Shown: positions 40,144 through 50,440 of the stretch, one piece after another
How positions within the stretch are numbered: position 1 is the first letter of the stretch
Layout: each line of letters begins with the position of its first letter
Assembly (NCBI RefSeq): GCF_006345805.1
Contig: NC_043005.1
Coordinates: 62,496,001-62,560,000 of the forward strand
Reading direction: 5' to 3'
DNA length: 64,000 nucleotides
Origin: Octopus sinensis
Taxonomy: Eukaryota
The notes under the pieces: generated by a model
Seen by the model: the letters and a program-made list of their open reading frames with translations, nothing else
Databases searched by the model: none
Told to the model about the DNA's origin: nothing
Position numbers and translations under genes: made by a program

Positions 40144-42322
40144 CTTGGAAAATAAAAATACATACACATAGAAACAAAAACAGAAGCAAATATCCCCAAA
40201 CCAAACTGGTCAATGAACGGAATATACTGCTGGAAGATAACACGATAAAAATTTCCACAGAGAAAGAGAAATGAAAAATAAAGATTATCAAAATAATGCT
40301 ATTCAGAAGTGTGGTAAATTTAAACACACTTAATGTGACACAATCATACATATATATAGCTTGTTGATCTATGTTTTTTAATGATATTTATTGGCTATGC
40401 CTAACAATTTGATATTAGTAAAGAATTTGAAATTAATTTAAATAAATTTTAGCTCTTTTAGTTTGCTTGCATGTTTTATTTTAATTTTGGATATATATAT
40501 ATATATAAACTGATGGATGTAGCAGGGAGAGATAGAGAGAGTGCAAGAGAGAAAGAGAGTTTATCTATTGATTATTAAAATTGATGAAGTCAATCTATCA
40601 ATATTAGGAGTAGTCAAATTAATTAAAAGACCTGTGAAATTTTTGCTAAGGTGGTGCAATGCAAAGTAAATTACATTTTAAAATGTAGTCTCTCACATAT
40701 AAAGACAAACTGTTATGTTCAATACTAACTAATAAATAAGTATACTTCATAAAAAAAATCATTAAAAAAAAACATTAATAAACTAGAAATTCATTTAACT
40801 GTTTTCATTAGAATGAATATCACAATTATTATGAATTACTGAAAATTTCATAAGATCAAGAGAAAAAATAATATACAAAAAGCAGAACTGATAACCAGTA
40901 CTACATATATTAACAAAATATTAATAGTTGTAACAATTAGTATCAAAGGTGTCATTAATAGTAGATTATTACTAAGAATGTTAATAATTAGTTGCAGTTA
41001 AGTTACTGGAGTGGATGAAATGGTAAAAACCGAGAATCAATTAATTAGCCACATCATCAAAAATTGGGTTTTGAAATTTGCCTTTTGTGTTTCTTATGAC
41101 CAAAAAAAAAACAACAGACATTTTTCTACTATAATATGAAATAACTACAAATCAAAGCCTCCTTAGCAAATCAGTTAAATGAGATAGTCTTTCGTGTTTT
41201 TGGAACTTGATAAAATTAGTATAAGTCATACCCTGGGGACAACTATGTCTCCTTGCCTACAAAACTTGTCATGAACCAAAATAAGAAATCAATAAATGCA
41301 AATTAAATTAGTTTAGTTTATTATCATCATTATAATGTTGCTGTTCATAGAATAACAGCAGTACTGAAAATAGCAATAACAATTTCTTGTATTAGCACAA
41401 GGCCACAAGACTGTTCATGGTTGGTTTAGATAAAACTCATTATGTAACCTATGTTTTATTGTTTCTGGAGTGGAAATGCTAGGAAGATTGAATTTAAACT
41501 TAGAGTGTAAAGAACCGTGACTAAATGCAACAAACGATTAAATCTGAGAAGCTACTGTTTCTATCAATCTATATAGATTAGCATTAACCTACATAAAGGA
41601 TAGTGGATAACACAAGTGTGAGAGTGTGTCAAGTAAAATACTTTGTCAAATTTAATGGTGTTCATCTGGATTCTGAGTTCAAATAGGAGGCTGATAAAAT
41701 AATTACCAACTAAGAATTGGAATTGTATTTCCCTACAAAATTCTATGCTTATATCAAAAATCGATAGCAACCTAAAATTTGTTTTCTTTATTTAATAGTC
41801 CATTCAAAATTTGTGTGCATAATGGCTCTGTAAGGTGTAAAATATATAATTTGTATAGTATGGAAAAATATTTTTCTACAGAATATTAATTGTAAAAAAA
41901 AAAATATAGACATAAGTTAAAATAGCATGTATGACTTTCAAATAAAAGATATAAAGAATGATATATAATTCAACACCTACACACACACGTATGCACAACA
42001 AAACAACTGTAGAAGATAAGCTTATTTGAATATAAACTTATTCAAGTAGTTTTTATCAGTTTTCAGAGGAAATATCAAACATTTTTGAGAACTATGACAT
42101 ATGCATGCATAAGTCTTCCCTCCAAAACACATTTTGATGGTTTTCCATATTTGCACTGACTATTAATAAATTAGATAGATAAGTTTTGAAAAATGTCATG
42201 ATAATCAGTTGGAGCTGTTATTTGATCATTGTACTGGCTACATACAAAAATACAATGAAGATAATATGTAAGAATTGTAAAGATTTTGGCGAAAGACTTA
42301 TTTGTCTAAAGAAATATACATG

Positions 42323-42655
42323 TTATCAGGGAAAGATTTTAATTACCAGACAAAGACGAGTGTTACCAAAGAGAAATATATATTACGAGAGAAAGACAAG
42401 CTACCAGATGAAAATATGTATTATTAGGGAAGGATATATTTCAGCAGAGGAAGACACATGTTACAAGAAAAATCCACACATTACAAGAGAAGTTCATGTG
42501 TTACCAGAGAAGGACGTGTATTAGAAAGAAATGACAAGTGTTTCTAGAGTAAAGCATGTGTTACTAGTGGATAACATGTATTCACAGAGACTCAAGCATG
42601 TTACCAGAGGAAGACAAGTATGATTAGAGAGAAAAGATGTTACAAGGAATGAAGT
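42323..42655. repeat. Degenerate minisatellite, about 17 units, 20-bp period, consensus near TTACCAGAGRAAGACAYGTG
   Basis: Units start at 42323, 42343, 42363 and 42383 (18 bp), then every 20 bp from 42401 to 42621; TTAC..GA.....GAC..GT. recurs. Confidence 0.9.
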
Positions 42656-42805
42656 AAATTAAATTTGAGATAAACAGATGGGTGAGGTAAGAAAAATTTA
42701 ATCACAACAACTACGATTGATTTATTGTTAAAGTGTGTTTTCTATCAAGAAATTTATTCTTATCTAAATATAATTCTTTATAGACCATCTTTTTTAATAT
42801 TTTTA

Positions 42806-42843
<38 letters not shown>

Positions 42844-42880
42844 TAGCATTATTATTTATGTTGTTATTATGATTATTATT

Positions 42881-42915
<35 letters not shown>

Positions 42916-42927
42916 TAATAATAATAA

Positions 42928-42962
<35 letters not shown>

Positions 42963-43010
42963 AATAGTGATTTCTGAAAAGGATATAGTAGATTATATTA
43001 ACCACCAAAT

Positions 43011-43212
43011 AAGGTGGCGAGCTAGCAGAATTATTAGCTTAGTGGTATTTTGTCTGTCTTCATGTTCTGAGTTCAAATTCTGCCAAGGTTGACTTGGCTT
43101 TTCATCCTTTTGGGGTCAATAAATTAAGTACAAGTGAAACACTGGGTTCAATGTAATCTACTAGTATCCTCTCACAAAATTTCAGGCCTTGTGCCTTTAG
43201 TAGATATGATTA
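43011..43212 (+). mobile_element. SINE family A, full length
   Basis: A-box-like GGCGAGCTAGCAGAATTA, B-box GAGTTCAAATTC, central GGTTGACTTGGCTTTTCATCCTTTTGGGGTCAATAAATTAAGTAC (from memory similar to the Meta/MESC SINE domain; unverified), tail AAATTTCAGGCCTTGTGCC. Confidence 0.88.
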
Positions 43213-43527
43213 TATTAGCTACTAATGCCTGGTCGGGAGTGGATTTATAGGCTTGGAAGGATACGCAGCAAAGTTATCTCAGGTAGGCAGGATTTGAACT
43301 CAGAACACAGAGAGATATAACTTCACGAATACTTTAAATGATGCGTGAAGTATTAAAATCTCACTTATTTCTCTAAAACGCTTGAACATCATTAAAATGA
43401 TTGAAGTGCTTCAAAGTAGAAATTAAAATTGTCATATAAAAAAAACAAAAAAAACAAATTCAATTATATTAGTAATGTTAAATGATGAAGTGATGATGGT
43501 ATTGATGATGCAGATGATAATGGCTTC

Positions 43528-43728
43528 AAATTTTGACACAAAGCCAGCAATTTTAGGGGAGGGGTAAGCCAATTACATCAACCCCAGTGTCAGACTGCTA
43601 CATATTTTATTGACCCTAAAAGGATGAAAAGCAAAGATGACCTTGGCAGAATATAAGCACAGAATATAAAGACGGACAAAATGCAGTTAAACATTTAGTA
43701 TGGTATGCTACTTTGTTCACTCACTGCC

Positions 43729-43730
<2 letters not shown>
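43528..43730 (-). mobile_element. SINE family A, full length, inverted relative to 43011-43212
   Basis: Reverse complement contains ATTCTGCCAAGGTCATCTTTGCTTTTCATCCTTTTAGGGTCAATAAAAT. Confidence 0.88.
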
Positions 43731-43774
<44 letters not shown>

Positions 43775-43789
43775 TAATAATTATAAGAT

Positions 43790-44075
43790 GGAAAGAAAAA
43801 GTCTAGTAGAGTATTTACAGGGAAGCACAGAAAAACTTCTGAAGACAATAAAGAACAAGTGATGAAGTGCGTAGTAGGAGAAAAGGACAAGAATGAAATA
43901 CAAAGAGAGCACGTCAGACAGATCGAAGAGAAACTTCTGCATGGGCAATTTTGGAGAGTCACTGAAGATTTATGAGGAACAAAATCCTTGGTTAACAATG
44001 AGGAAATTAAAAAAAGAAACAGTGAGCCTAATTGTAGCAGTCCAAGATCAAGTGATAAAAACAAATATATATGTG
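43790..44075 (+). mobile_element. RLE-type (Dong/R4-like) LINE internal fragment
   Basis: Frameshifted EEKLLHGQFWRVTEDL / WLTMRKLKKETVSLIVAVQDQVIKTN. Confidence 0.85.
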
Positions 44076-44092
44076 ATAATAACAAATATATA

Positions 44093-44640
44093 CGAGGTCT
44101 GATCAATAAGTATACAGACTGTTGCTATAGTAATGAAGCTAAAGCATGCAGCGTGAAGCCATTTGACACAGATTGACGTTGAACTCTGCTATGCATGCAC
44201 ACTAAATTTCAGTGTTCTAGCTCACTTCTGCAGTTTACAGCAGTGCTTGGAAGGAAGGTGTGTAGTATGTGATCTTTGTATTGACCATGACAGAGAAAGT
44301 TGTCATAGCGATACCTGTTCAGAGGCATACCAAAGTTGCAGAAAGTGTATGGAAAAAAGTGTATGAGCCACACACAAGTATAAAAGTGGTTCAGATGCTT
44401 CTGAGAAGGCCGAAAGAATGTCGATATTGATGAACATTCTGGGAGGCCTGCAACCAGCAGAACTGAGAAAAGCATCACAGCGGGGAAATCATCAAAGCTG
44501 TGAGTTATTAGAGGATATGCAGATTAGTTATGGTTCAGTTCAGTCCATTATCACAGAAGATTTGGTTATGAGATGCGTGTCTACCAAGATTGTGCCAAAA
44601 TCGCTTTCAGTTGACCAAAAAAGACACTCAGGTTTCAATT
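44093..44640 (+). mobile_element. Mariner remnant: 5' TIR plus decayed N-terminal transposase
   Basis: TA|CGAGGTCTGATCAATAAGTAT terminus; frameshifted KWFRCF*EGRKNVDIDEHSGRPATSRT (HTH region) and ISYGSVQSIITEDLVMRCVSTKIVPKSLSVDQK (WVPHEL-equivalent linker). No right TIR seen. Confidence 0.88.
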
Positions 44641-44867
44641 GCACATATGTATGTATGCATGCATGCATTATGTAATGTTTGTGTGTGTGTGTGTGTGTGT
44701 GTGGATCTTTACTGTTAATCTTTATATAGATGGTGCAATGCATGAAACCCTTGGCATTTGAGTCACTCTGTTGCCTCTGCTAAATAATAAAAATATGCAT
44801 ATACCCATATTTTGAGTTCTATTTTTCCTGTTTGCCTCAGCATATATAATATATATATATATATTAA

Positions 44868-45255
44868 GAGCACCATCCGAGTGTGATCATTGCCAGAGCG
44901 GCTAACTGGCATTTGTGCCGGTGGCACATAAAAATGACCATTTGAGAGTGATCGTTACCAGCGTTGCCTTACTGGCGCTTGTGCTGATGTGCAGGTGACA
45001 CGTAAAATAAAAAAAAAAAACGATTTTTTTTGTGGCAGTTGCCAGTACCGCCTGACTGGCCCTCGTGCCAGTGGCATGTAAAAGCACCCACTACACTCTC
45101 GGAGTGGTTGGCGTTAGGAAGGGCATCCAGCTGTAGAAACTCTGCCAGATCAAGATTGGAGCCTGGTGCAGCAATCTGGTTTGCCAGTCCTCAGTCAAAT
45201 CGTCCAACCCATGCTAGCATGGAAAGCAAATGTTGAATGATAATGATGATGATGA
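44868..45255 (+). mobile_element. SINE family C with internal subrepeats and (GAT)n tail, low divergence
   Basis: Three or four related GCCAG...CTGGC...GTGCC.GTGGCAC.TAAAA subrepeats, then TTAGGAAGGGCATCCAGCTGTAGAAAC...CCAACCCATGCTAGCATGGAAAGC and (GAT)n. Confidence 0.85.
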
Positions 45256-45294
45256 TATATATATATATATGTATGTATATAGATATAGATATAT

Positions 45295-45655
45295 ATTATT
45301 TTATTCTTTTATGTTTCAGTCATTTGACAGTGGCCATGCTGGAGTGCTGCATTGTAGTAAAAACAAATCAACTCCAGGACTTATTCTTTGTAAAACTGGT
45401 ACTTATTCTATCAGTTTCTTTTGCCAAACTGCTAAGTTACAGGGATGTAAATACATGAACATCGGTTGTGAAGATACATGCCTAAATATACACATATACA
45501 TATATACAATGGGCTTTTCAGTTTCTTTCTACCAAATCCACTCACAAGGCTGACTCAAGACTATAGTAGAAGACACTTGCCTAAGTTGCCATGCAGTGGG
45601 ACTGGACCCTGAGCCATGCGTAGGGAAGCAATCTTCTTACCATACAGCCACACTT
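45295..45655 (-). mobile_element. SINE family B, near full length
   Basis: All family B blocks in reverse orientation, ending TCTTCTTACCATACAGCCAC (A-box head). Confidence 0.9.
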
Positions 45656-45684
45656 GTGCCTGCACCTATATATAAGAATGTTTG

Positions 45685-46060
45685 AGAAGGTGAATCACAA
45701 TGACCTTTTTGCATACACATTTTGTGACAGACCATGTCTTTCTTTTGCTGGGCTCAAATCTCATTTGCAAACCCATGGAAAACGAACCTAAACCAGCTAT
45801 ACTACCTATATGTGTGCACACCTTTCAATGCAATGTATGCCAGAAGGTTTTCAAATCTAACGGAGCCTAAAAGACATTTTAAGATCCACAAAAATCAGAA
45901 CTTATCTGCAGCTCTTGGTGGTCCAAATTGGATATGCAATCTATGTGGGTGTCTTTTCAAAATGTTGTCGGTTTTAAAAAGCCACATCAGATGCCAGGCT
46001 GGTTCTAAGATGTAGGTACAGGAGGAAGTCAAACTCTGCATAAGGAGTACCTCCCATAAA
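45685..46060 (+). mobile_element. Decayed triple C2H2 zinc-finger segment, probably a LINE ORF2 3' end (alternatively a ZNF pseudogene)
   Basis: FCDRPCLSFAGLKSHLQTH, FQCNVCQKVFKSN/KRHFKIH and WICNLCGCLFKMLSVLKSHIR, separated by a stop and frameshifts, then a short UTR and a simple-repeat tail. Confidence 0.75.
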
Positions 46061-46088
46061 TATACAGACACACATCTCTCTCTCTCTG

Positions 46089-46134
<46 letters not shown>

Positions 46135-46135
<1 letters not shown>

Positions 46136-46262
46136 TCATGTTTTTCAGTTTTTCCAACCAAATCCACTCGCAATGCTTTAGTTGGCCCAGGGCTATTATA
46201 GAAGACATTTGCTTCCAGATGTCACACAGTAGAACTGAACCCAAAATCACATGGTTAGTAAG
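46135..46262 (-). mobile_element. SINE family B head
   Basis: CCAAATCCACTCGCAATGCTTTAGTTGGCCCAGGGCTATTATAGAAGACA...GAACTGAACCC. Confidence 0.8.
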
Positions 46263-46620
46263 TAAGTTCAAAACAATTGAATAAAATGAATCAATTGTTA
46301 CAACTAATTATAATAATCTTTAACTGCAAAATAATGCACTTGCCAATTCAAAAAGCAATACTTCAGATTTTTATAAGGAAAATACACTGAAAGCATACAA
46401 TTCCGACAAAGCCAAAAGCTCATTTTGAAATAATGAAGTTGCTTACATAAAGTAAATACATTATATATACATCTCAAAAAGCTAAAGGATATGGTAATCA
46501 TATGCTTTACACACAGATCCCTTATCCTTGTGTTAAAACAACATTCTACATGTTTGGAATCTCACTAATGGAGCTGTAATCTAAAATCCAATAAAATACT
46601 TAAGAAATAGACCATCTTAC

Positions 46621-46741
46621 CCATTACTTTAACATTGTAAATGGAAAGAACACTAGAGAAAATCCCAAACAATATCCAACACAGAAAAGAGTCAAACAAC
46701 ACATATTGGAATGTTTAGAAAACCATTTAGTTCTCCCTCAT
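46621..46741 (-). other. Exon-like unit with strong splice sites but stops in all frames (non-coding/UTR or stop-containing exon)
   Basis: Acceptor gttttttgtttctttcag and donor GG|gtaaga. The longest frame from the acceptor gives xEGELNGFLNIPICVV*. Confidence 0.35.
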
Positions 46742-47337
46742 CTGAAAGAAACAAAAAACTACACAATAATCCATATGAAAAAACCACATTATACTTCAAT
46801 CAGCATTAACAAGTAATATATACACCGTGAAATATAAACCTGACCATATAACTCACTTAAAGTTGATAGACACAGAATACAAAGCGTATCTTTTAAACAG
46901 GAAAACCATCGACTTCTATAGCATCAGTAATCGGTACAAAATAATCAAACATTAACAACTCTCACTAAATCTTCAATACCAGCTGAAAGAAATATTTATG
47001 CAATTTACACACTGACAGTGACACAATATACTAAATACAATTAAAATTAAAAAAAAAAACGCTAAGAGGACAATCACCATAGGTACATCTATCAAGGGTA
47101 ATGCTTTCAAGAAACACACTAATGTAAATTTGAAAACAAACAAAAAAATACAAAATACAAGGCACAAAGAAATCTGAAATATTTCTTTACACAACCATAA
47201 TCATGTTTTGAATGATAGCATATACATAAAAATATGGTACAAGAGTGGGTTTGGCTGAGTTAAAAGGGTAAAAGGGTGTCAAACACATCAGTTCATATCC
47301 TATTACAAGCACTTTGTCCAAGCTTAAGACAACTTAC

Positions 47338-47509
47338 TCTAAAATAGCTTGTGCTATCTAACAATAAATAAGCATCAATGGCTTGTGAAGACAAGTATTT
47401 GGTTAGGTTCCAGTTCATACTTTGAATATAGCATAAAAAACAGAGTGAGCATTGCCAAGTTGATTCATCTAAGATACACTTCATGAAGATGGTATCTTCA
47501 GTGGTTCCC
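47338..47509 (-). CDS. Candidate exon (phase 2-0), GTTEDTIFMKCILDESTWQCSLCFLCYIQSMNWNLTKYLSSQAIDAYLLLDSTSYFR
   Basis: Lies within ORF 47293-47535, with perfect donor AGA|gtaagt and a moderate acceptor. No homology recognised. Confidence 0.25.
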
Positions 47510-49261
47510 CTACAGCCCAATGGATAATGTGACATATATTACCTTATTTGGTTATCTATGTTCTATTACAAAAGCAACATATAATCATCACTGATCATGG
47601 GTGTAAAATGTAAGCAGACAAAGAAATTAGGCAGAAGCATTTCATATTTGCATAAAAGTTAATACTCTAGAATAAATAAATAGATGCTGATAATAACGAT
47701 AATCTGTTACTATTTTGTGATTTGTGAAAATTATTACATTCACATATCAAAATCTAGTGTACAATTGGAAGGTAAATCTTAACAGATTTGTTTTGGCTAA
47801 GAAAAACGAAAATAAAAAAATTGGATGGAATTCTTTTATTAACAAAGTCAGAAATGTTTACAAAAATTTGTGTTTTTAATTATTTAATTTTATATTATAT
47901 TAAATATTTCATTCTAAAGCTCTAACATTTGATTGAACTCTCCTGACATATTCAACAAAGGAAGCTAATCAAAACTCAAATTAAATCTCTATAAAATTAT
48001 TTTCTATGAAAACTTCAAGCTAATATATGTACAGTTAATAACAATTTTTAAAAGTTACCTCATAGAAGTGAGGTAGAGAAAGGTGTAACAAATCATTGGT
48101 CTAAAAGCTATATACAAACAATTCAAAAGTATCATGCTAAACAGAATTACTATGTAATTATACAAATATTAATTAGTAAAGATTTGGGATTTCAAGGTGC
48201 CATTTTCCTCATTGACTACCTATGTGCCATGAGCCAACTCCATAATAATCCATTGTGTAGAATCTTAAAATGCTGTTAGCATCATGATACTTATTTCATC
48301 AAACCGTACAATTAAATACAGGAAACAAGACTGTAGGACAATGAATGAAAACATAAAAAAAAGAAAAAGAAAACAGAGCCAAATTAATATTCAATAAACT
48401 GAAAAAGGATAAGTTTCAGATATTAAAGTTGGACAAACGTTCCTTCAGATAGTAAATAGCTATACATACCTTGACTAATAACCAAACCAAGAAGAAAAAA
48501 ATCAAATCGTGAATTACTTAGGCTGATAGTCCTTTAAGAGTAGTTATATTTTTAAATGCAAAATTTCAAAAAGCATTAATAGACAGGTTACAACCAATAT
48601 GCTATCTCCTCAAAATATGTTATCCGTCAGAAACAAAGAAGCTGGCAAAAGATCTAATGATACAACTAAGAATAGCTCAACATGCGCACAAATGTATTAT
48701 GCTTAAAATCAAGTGGAAAAAATGCAAAACTAATTGATCTTTGAAGAAGTAAAACTATGAGTCATTGTCAAATTTATAAAATAGTTGAAATGGAAGTGAT
48801 CTGAATGCATTCAAAAGATGCATTCAGATGGGTGAACAAAAACAGTAACTGACTTGATTCCAAGAGGCAAACAAAAGAAAAAAGGATGTCAATAAACAAG
48901 GTGGAGGAATGAATTGGATTAGTTTGATTAAAACTCTGGATTCGAGCTAAAAATTGAAAGTTATGTAAAATATAAGGTAGGTCTTTACCCAGTAGTAGGA
49001 TTGATTGGTTTATTGAATATATGTATATATATATATATTGCTGCATGTAAATGAATGTGAAACCATAATGTGAATTAATGGAAAGACTTTAAAAAATGTT
49101 CCTTCTTTTTAACTTTAGGTTACAGTTTAGGTAAGACAAATATTTGTTGATAGGTATGAATGCCAACTCAAAAGTTTATTTATGATTTATGAACCCTTTG
49201 ATTAAATGATTATTTCTTATACAATGAGTAATAGTTATTTAATTTATCCATTAATATTGGT

Positions 49262-49460
49262 TTCAAATTTTGGCACAATGCCAGCAAGTTTGGGAGAGGG
49301 GATTAGTCTATTATATCAACCCCCAGAGTTCTGCTGGTAATTATTTTATTGACCCTGAAAGAATGAAAGGCAAAGTTTACCATGGTAGCATTTGAACTCA
49401 AAACATAATGTTGGACAAAGTACTGCTAAGTATGGTAACGATCCTGCCAGCTCACCACCT
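49262..49460 (-). mobile_element. SINE family A, full length
   Basis: GGCACAATGCCAGCAAGTTTGGGAGAGGGG...GACCCTGAAAGAATGAAAGGCAAAGTTTACC...TTTGAACTCA...CCTGCCAGCTCACCACCTT. Confidence 0.85.
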
Positions 49461-50039
49461 TAATTGATCAATTAATATTAAATGTTGAATAAATCTATTG
49501 TAGGATGTCTTTTAAAATCTTTTCACAATAATGGTGGAGTTAATCACCCTTTTTTAACTACATCAACAATCATTATAGCAATTGACACCATCTCATTTAT
49601 GATAAAGCAAAAGCAAAGTATTTATATATTGATAATATCTGTAAATTACTATAAATAATGTAGGTGAAAATTAACTTATAGGAACCTAAATATAAAACCT
49701 TGGTTAATTTTTAAAATTAAAGAAATTCAAATGTAAAAGGAAAAAGTAACTTTAAAATAATATCATTTTATGGTAACTGGATTCTACATTTAAAAAAATG
49801 TGTCACCTATTTTCAAAGGTTTTTAAATAGTTATTCTTCTGGGGAATTGTTGTGTAGAACCAAAAAATACAAAGAAAACAAAACCAGTTTGGTTAATGGG
49901 ATGGAGAGAAAAAAAAAAGGAATATTGAATATAGGATCAAGCTACGTTATCAAGCATACATAACGTTCAGTCAGTGCTTTACCTTACAACCTTTAGCTTT
50001 ATATTGTTGGTAAATATGTAAAATTCTCACACTGTATTA

Positions 50040-50440
50040 GGGTGTTAACGTTCTTTTCAAGAGTCACCAAACTCATCCTTTCTGCCAGCCTCAACATTCC
50101 TATTATGATGCTATTGTCCTTTTTATTTCATGCTGTTCAATAGTGTAATTTTATGCATTTCTATTCAACATCATCTCATATGTGAAACACAACTACCCAG
50201 GGTTTGATTAATCTCATATCAAGTATTCTAAAGCCTATTTCAGCTCTCACTATACTCTCTTTTAACATTTTGTTTTTTAGCTATAATGGCCACTTTACTA
50301 CAGGGATACTTTTACTATTCCTATGGGTATATATTTTTAAGAGGCCTTTTGAATTCAGATTTCTTTTTTACCATTCCTTTAACTCTTGGACTATTTTTGC
50401 AATAACAATTACCTTATCAGCATATAAAAGTTCTCAAAAT
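50040..50440 (-). mobile_element. Decayed RTE-like LINE RT fragment
   Basis: Minus translation LYADKVIVIAKIVQELKEW*KRNLNSKGLLK resembles the YADD region followed by ELxEK..W...L.SKGL. Confidence 0.6.

Noticed and set aside
42186-42524. 112-aa ORF
   Set aside because: It runs through the 20-bp array, whose period is not a multiple of 3.
42323-42655. CRISPR array
   Set aside because: No conserved repeat separated by unique spacers, no cas genes, and the context is eukaryotic.
43011-43090. tRNA genes suggested by A/B boxes
   Set aside because: The boxes belong to SINE heads and no cloverleaf can be formed.
48808-48838. 12-bp perfect hairpin ATCTGAATGCAT-N7-ATGCATTCAGAT as a pre-miRNA
   Set aside because: The stem is too short, the flanks do not extend the pairing, and I recognise no mature miRNA.
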